Assembly (NCBI GenBank): GCA_902613795.1
Contig: CACMIP010000004.1
Location: 25,862 to 89,861 of the forward strand
Direction of reading: 5' to 3'
Length of the DNA stretch: 64,000 nucleotides
From: an uncultured OCS116 cluster bacterium
GTDB lineage: Bacteria > Pseudomonadota > Alphaproteobacteria > Rhizobiales > TMED25
Part shown: piece by piece, positions 62,255 through 64,000 of the stretch
Numbering within the stretch: the stretch's first letter is position 1
How the letters are laid out: each line of letters opens with the position of its first letter
Notes under the pieces: generated by a model
The model's input: the letters and a program-made list of their open reading frames with translations, nothing else
Told to the model about the DNA's origin: nothing
Database searches by the model: none
Made by a program: the position numbers and the translations under genes

Positions 62255-62727
62255 ATGGCATTAAAAATTAGGTTAGCAAGAGGTGGTTCAAAGAAGCGTC
62301 CATACTATAGGATAGTAGTTACGGATGTCAGAAACCCAAGGGACGGTAGGTTTATAGAAAAGCTTGGAACATATAATCCCCTACTCTCAAAAGAAAGTAA
62401 TGAAAGAGTCACCCTACAAGTTGATAGAATAAAATATTGGCTTGGCGTTGGAGCGAAGCCCACCGATAGAGTTTTAAGATTTTTAGACGCAGAAGATATT
62501 GCAAAACGTCCACCAAGAAATAATCCAAAAAAAGCAATTCCAAAGAAAGATAAAGAAGAAGCAACAGCTGAAGAAGCACCCGCTGAAGAAGCTCAGGCAG
62601 AAGTGCCAGCTGAAGAAGCACCGCGGAAGAAGCACCCGCTGAAGAAGCTCAGGCAGAAGTGCCAGCTGAAGAAGCACCGGTAGAAGCACCTGCCGAAGAA
62701 GCACCCACCGAAGACAAAGAAAAATAA
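62255..62727 (+). CDS. rpsP: 30S ribosomal protein S16 with acidic tail; apparent 1-nt frameshift at ~62622 (as-read stop 62683, restored stop 62727)
   Basis: [32 protein letters not shown]; the EEAPAEE repeats continue in the shifted frame to TAA 62725-27. Confidence 0.93.
62570..62679 (+). repeat. 54-bp direct repeat, two copies (62570-62623 and 62626-62679) in the rpsP tail
   Basis: gaagaagcacccgctgaagaagctcaggcagaagtgccagctgaagaagcaccg occurs twice with a 56-nt period. Confidence 0.9.
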
Positions 62728-62835
62728 TTATACCTATCCCATAAACACATTAATTATCTATATCAATCAGAGCAATAAAAGTGTATTTTGTTGATAGAAA
62801 TCATACTGGTTAAGATAGGGTAGAACTGACCTGAG

Positions 62836-63558
62836 ATGAGTAACGTTACATGGAAAATATCTATAATCACAACAACGCCTGAGTTATTCCCCGGGCCACT
62901 TCAGTATAGTAATATTGGCAAGTCCCTAGCTGAAGGAAAATGGAGTCTTGAAATAATTCCTCTAGAAAAGAGGCAAAATAATAAGAAAGTAAAGATCGAC
63001 GGCTCTCCAGCAGGTGGTGGACCGGGTATGATTATGAGAGCAGATATCGTGCTTCCAATCATTAATAATATACGAAAAAATGGTGATACAAGGCCATTAA
63101 TTGTGCCGGCGGCAAGAGGTATTAAATATGATCAAAAAATAACAAAAGATTTGGTAAAAAATGAAGGTCTGATATTTCTGTGCGGAAGATTTGAGGGAAT
63201 TGACCAAAGAATAATTGAGTCAACTGGAGCACTGGAGCTATCAATCGGTGATTATATTCTCACAAATGGAGATATTGCAGCGATCAATATAATTGACTCT
63301 TGTGTAAGATTATTAGACGGCGTGTTGAGTTCAAAAGCCTCAACAGAGAACGAGAGCTATGAGGATGGGCTATTAGAATATCCGCAATACACATTACCAA
63401 GAGAGTATGGTGGAATGAAAATACCCGATGTACTTTTGTCGGGAGATCATGGGGCAATAAGTAAATGGAGATTTAGCCAGTCCCTTCTTGCTACAGAAAA
63501 GAACAGACCAGACCTCTACGAGAAATATAAGAAGAAAACAAGAGATTCTAGCTCCTAA
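62836..63558 (+). CDS. trmD: tRNA (guanine37-N1)-methyltransferase
   Basis: PELFPGPL, GGGPGM, CGRFEGIDQR, SIGDYIL..G, LEYPQYT.P, SGDH. Confidence 0.96.
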   Translation: MSNVTWKISIITTTPELFPGPLQYSNIGKSLAEGKWSLEIIPLEKRQNNKKVKIDGSPAGGGPGMIMRADIVLPIINNIRKNGDTRPLIVPAARGIKYDQKITKDLVKNEGLIFLCGRFEGIDQRIIESTGALELSIGDYILTNGDIAAINIIDSCVRLLDGVLSSKASTENESYEDGLLEYPQYTLPREYGGMKIPDVLLSGDHGAISKWRFSQSLLATEKNRPDLYEKYKKKTRDSSS

Positions 63559-63619
63559 TAGATTTAAATGAATTGAATAATTAAGATTTTTGAGTAGAAT
63601 AAAGTCATAAAACAGGGGT

Positions 63620-64000
63620 ATGAATATGGCAGTTGATAAGAAACTAGGTCTAGCAGTTGTTGGCTGTGGTGTTGTTGGTAGGATGCGTTCAACTCTCGCC
63701 AAAGAATACCCTGGGATTGGATGGATTGGACTTTCCGATATCAATGAAGACTTGGGATTAAAGTTAAAAGAAGATATAAAAGCAGATTTCTTTACAACAA
63801 ATTTTAGAGAGTTAATTGAGAGACCAGAGGTTGATGCAGTAATTATTGCCACATCAACTTGGAGCCATGTTGAGCCAATACTTTCAGCTGTTGAAAGAAA
63901 GCTTCCTATGCTAATTGAAAAGCCGCTAGCGACAGACGCTGTTGAGTCTCTAAAAGTTTTGAATGCAATCCAAGAAGCAGGAGTTGATGCAGTTGTTGGC
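63620..64000 (+). CDS. Gfo/Idh/MocA family oxidoreductase, 3' truncated by window (absent from ORF track)
   Basis: Manual translation M(NM)AVDKKLGLAVVGCGVVG...RPEVDAVIIAT...H......MLIEKPLA. Confidence 0.85.
   Translation, partial: MNMAVDKKLGLAVVGCGVVGRMRSTLAKEYPGIGWIGLSDINEDLGLKLKEDIKADFFTTNFRELIERPEVDAVIIATSTWSHVEPILSAVERKLPMLIEKPLATDAVESLKVLNAIQEAGVDAVVG

Noticed and set aside
62570-62710. Repeats considered as a possible CRISPR or mobile-element end
   Set aside because: No unique spacers and no cas genes; they encode the EEAPA tail of S16.
63394-63852. 152-aa minus-strand ORF
   Set aside because: It overlaps trmD and the real + strand Gfo/Idh/MocA gene; shadow ORF.

Overview
AT-rich, very gene-dense chromosomal segment of a streamlined, probably marine Alphaproteobacterium. 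The Rhizobiales-like gene order is aroA-cmk-rpsA-sppA-ihfB-pyrF-trpFBA-accD-folC, trxA, divL-ahcY, chvGI-pckA, polA and ftsY-mtaB-dapF/ffh-rpsP-trmD. I saw no CRISPR array, transposase, integrase or prophage. The first ~22 kb is accessory: a CoA-dependent catabolic cluster, a ceramidase-like/CutA/NavRh-type voltage-gated Na+ channel operon directly upstream of a blue-tuned (DTE, Q105) proteorhodopsin, then DUF393 and a 41-aa DUF2256 gene missed by the ORF track. Other notable points: (1) an ExoI/SbcB-like gene stands where addBA normally lies; (2) SbmA/BacA is inserted between amgK and murU; (3) the DivL-like protein has His at the usual Tyr position but an eroded ATPase domain; (4) there is a tRNA-Arg with a TCG anticodon; (5) an unknown 100-aa gene and a Y-family polymerase are divergent across a perfect LexA box; (6) two paralogous small membrane proteins lie in tandem; (7) there is a candidate structured ncRNA at ~9.1 kb; (8) the acidic repeat tail of rpsP carries a frameshift. 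All calls come from motif recognition by eye; no database searches were run.
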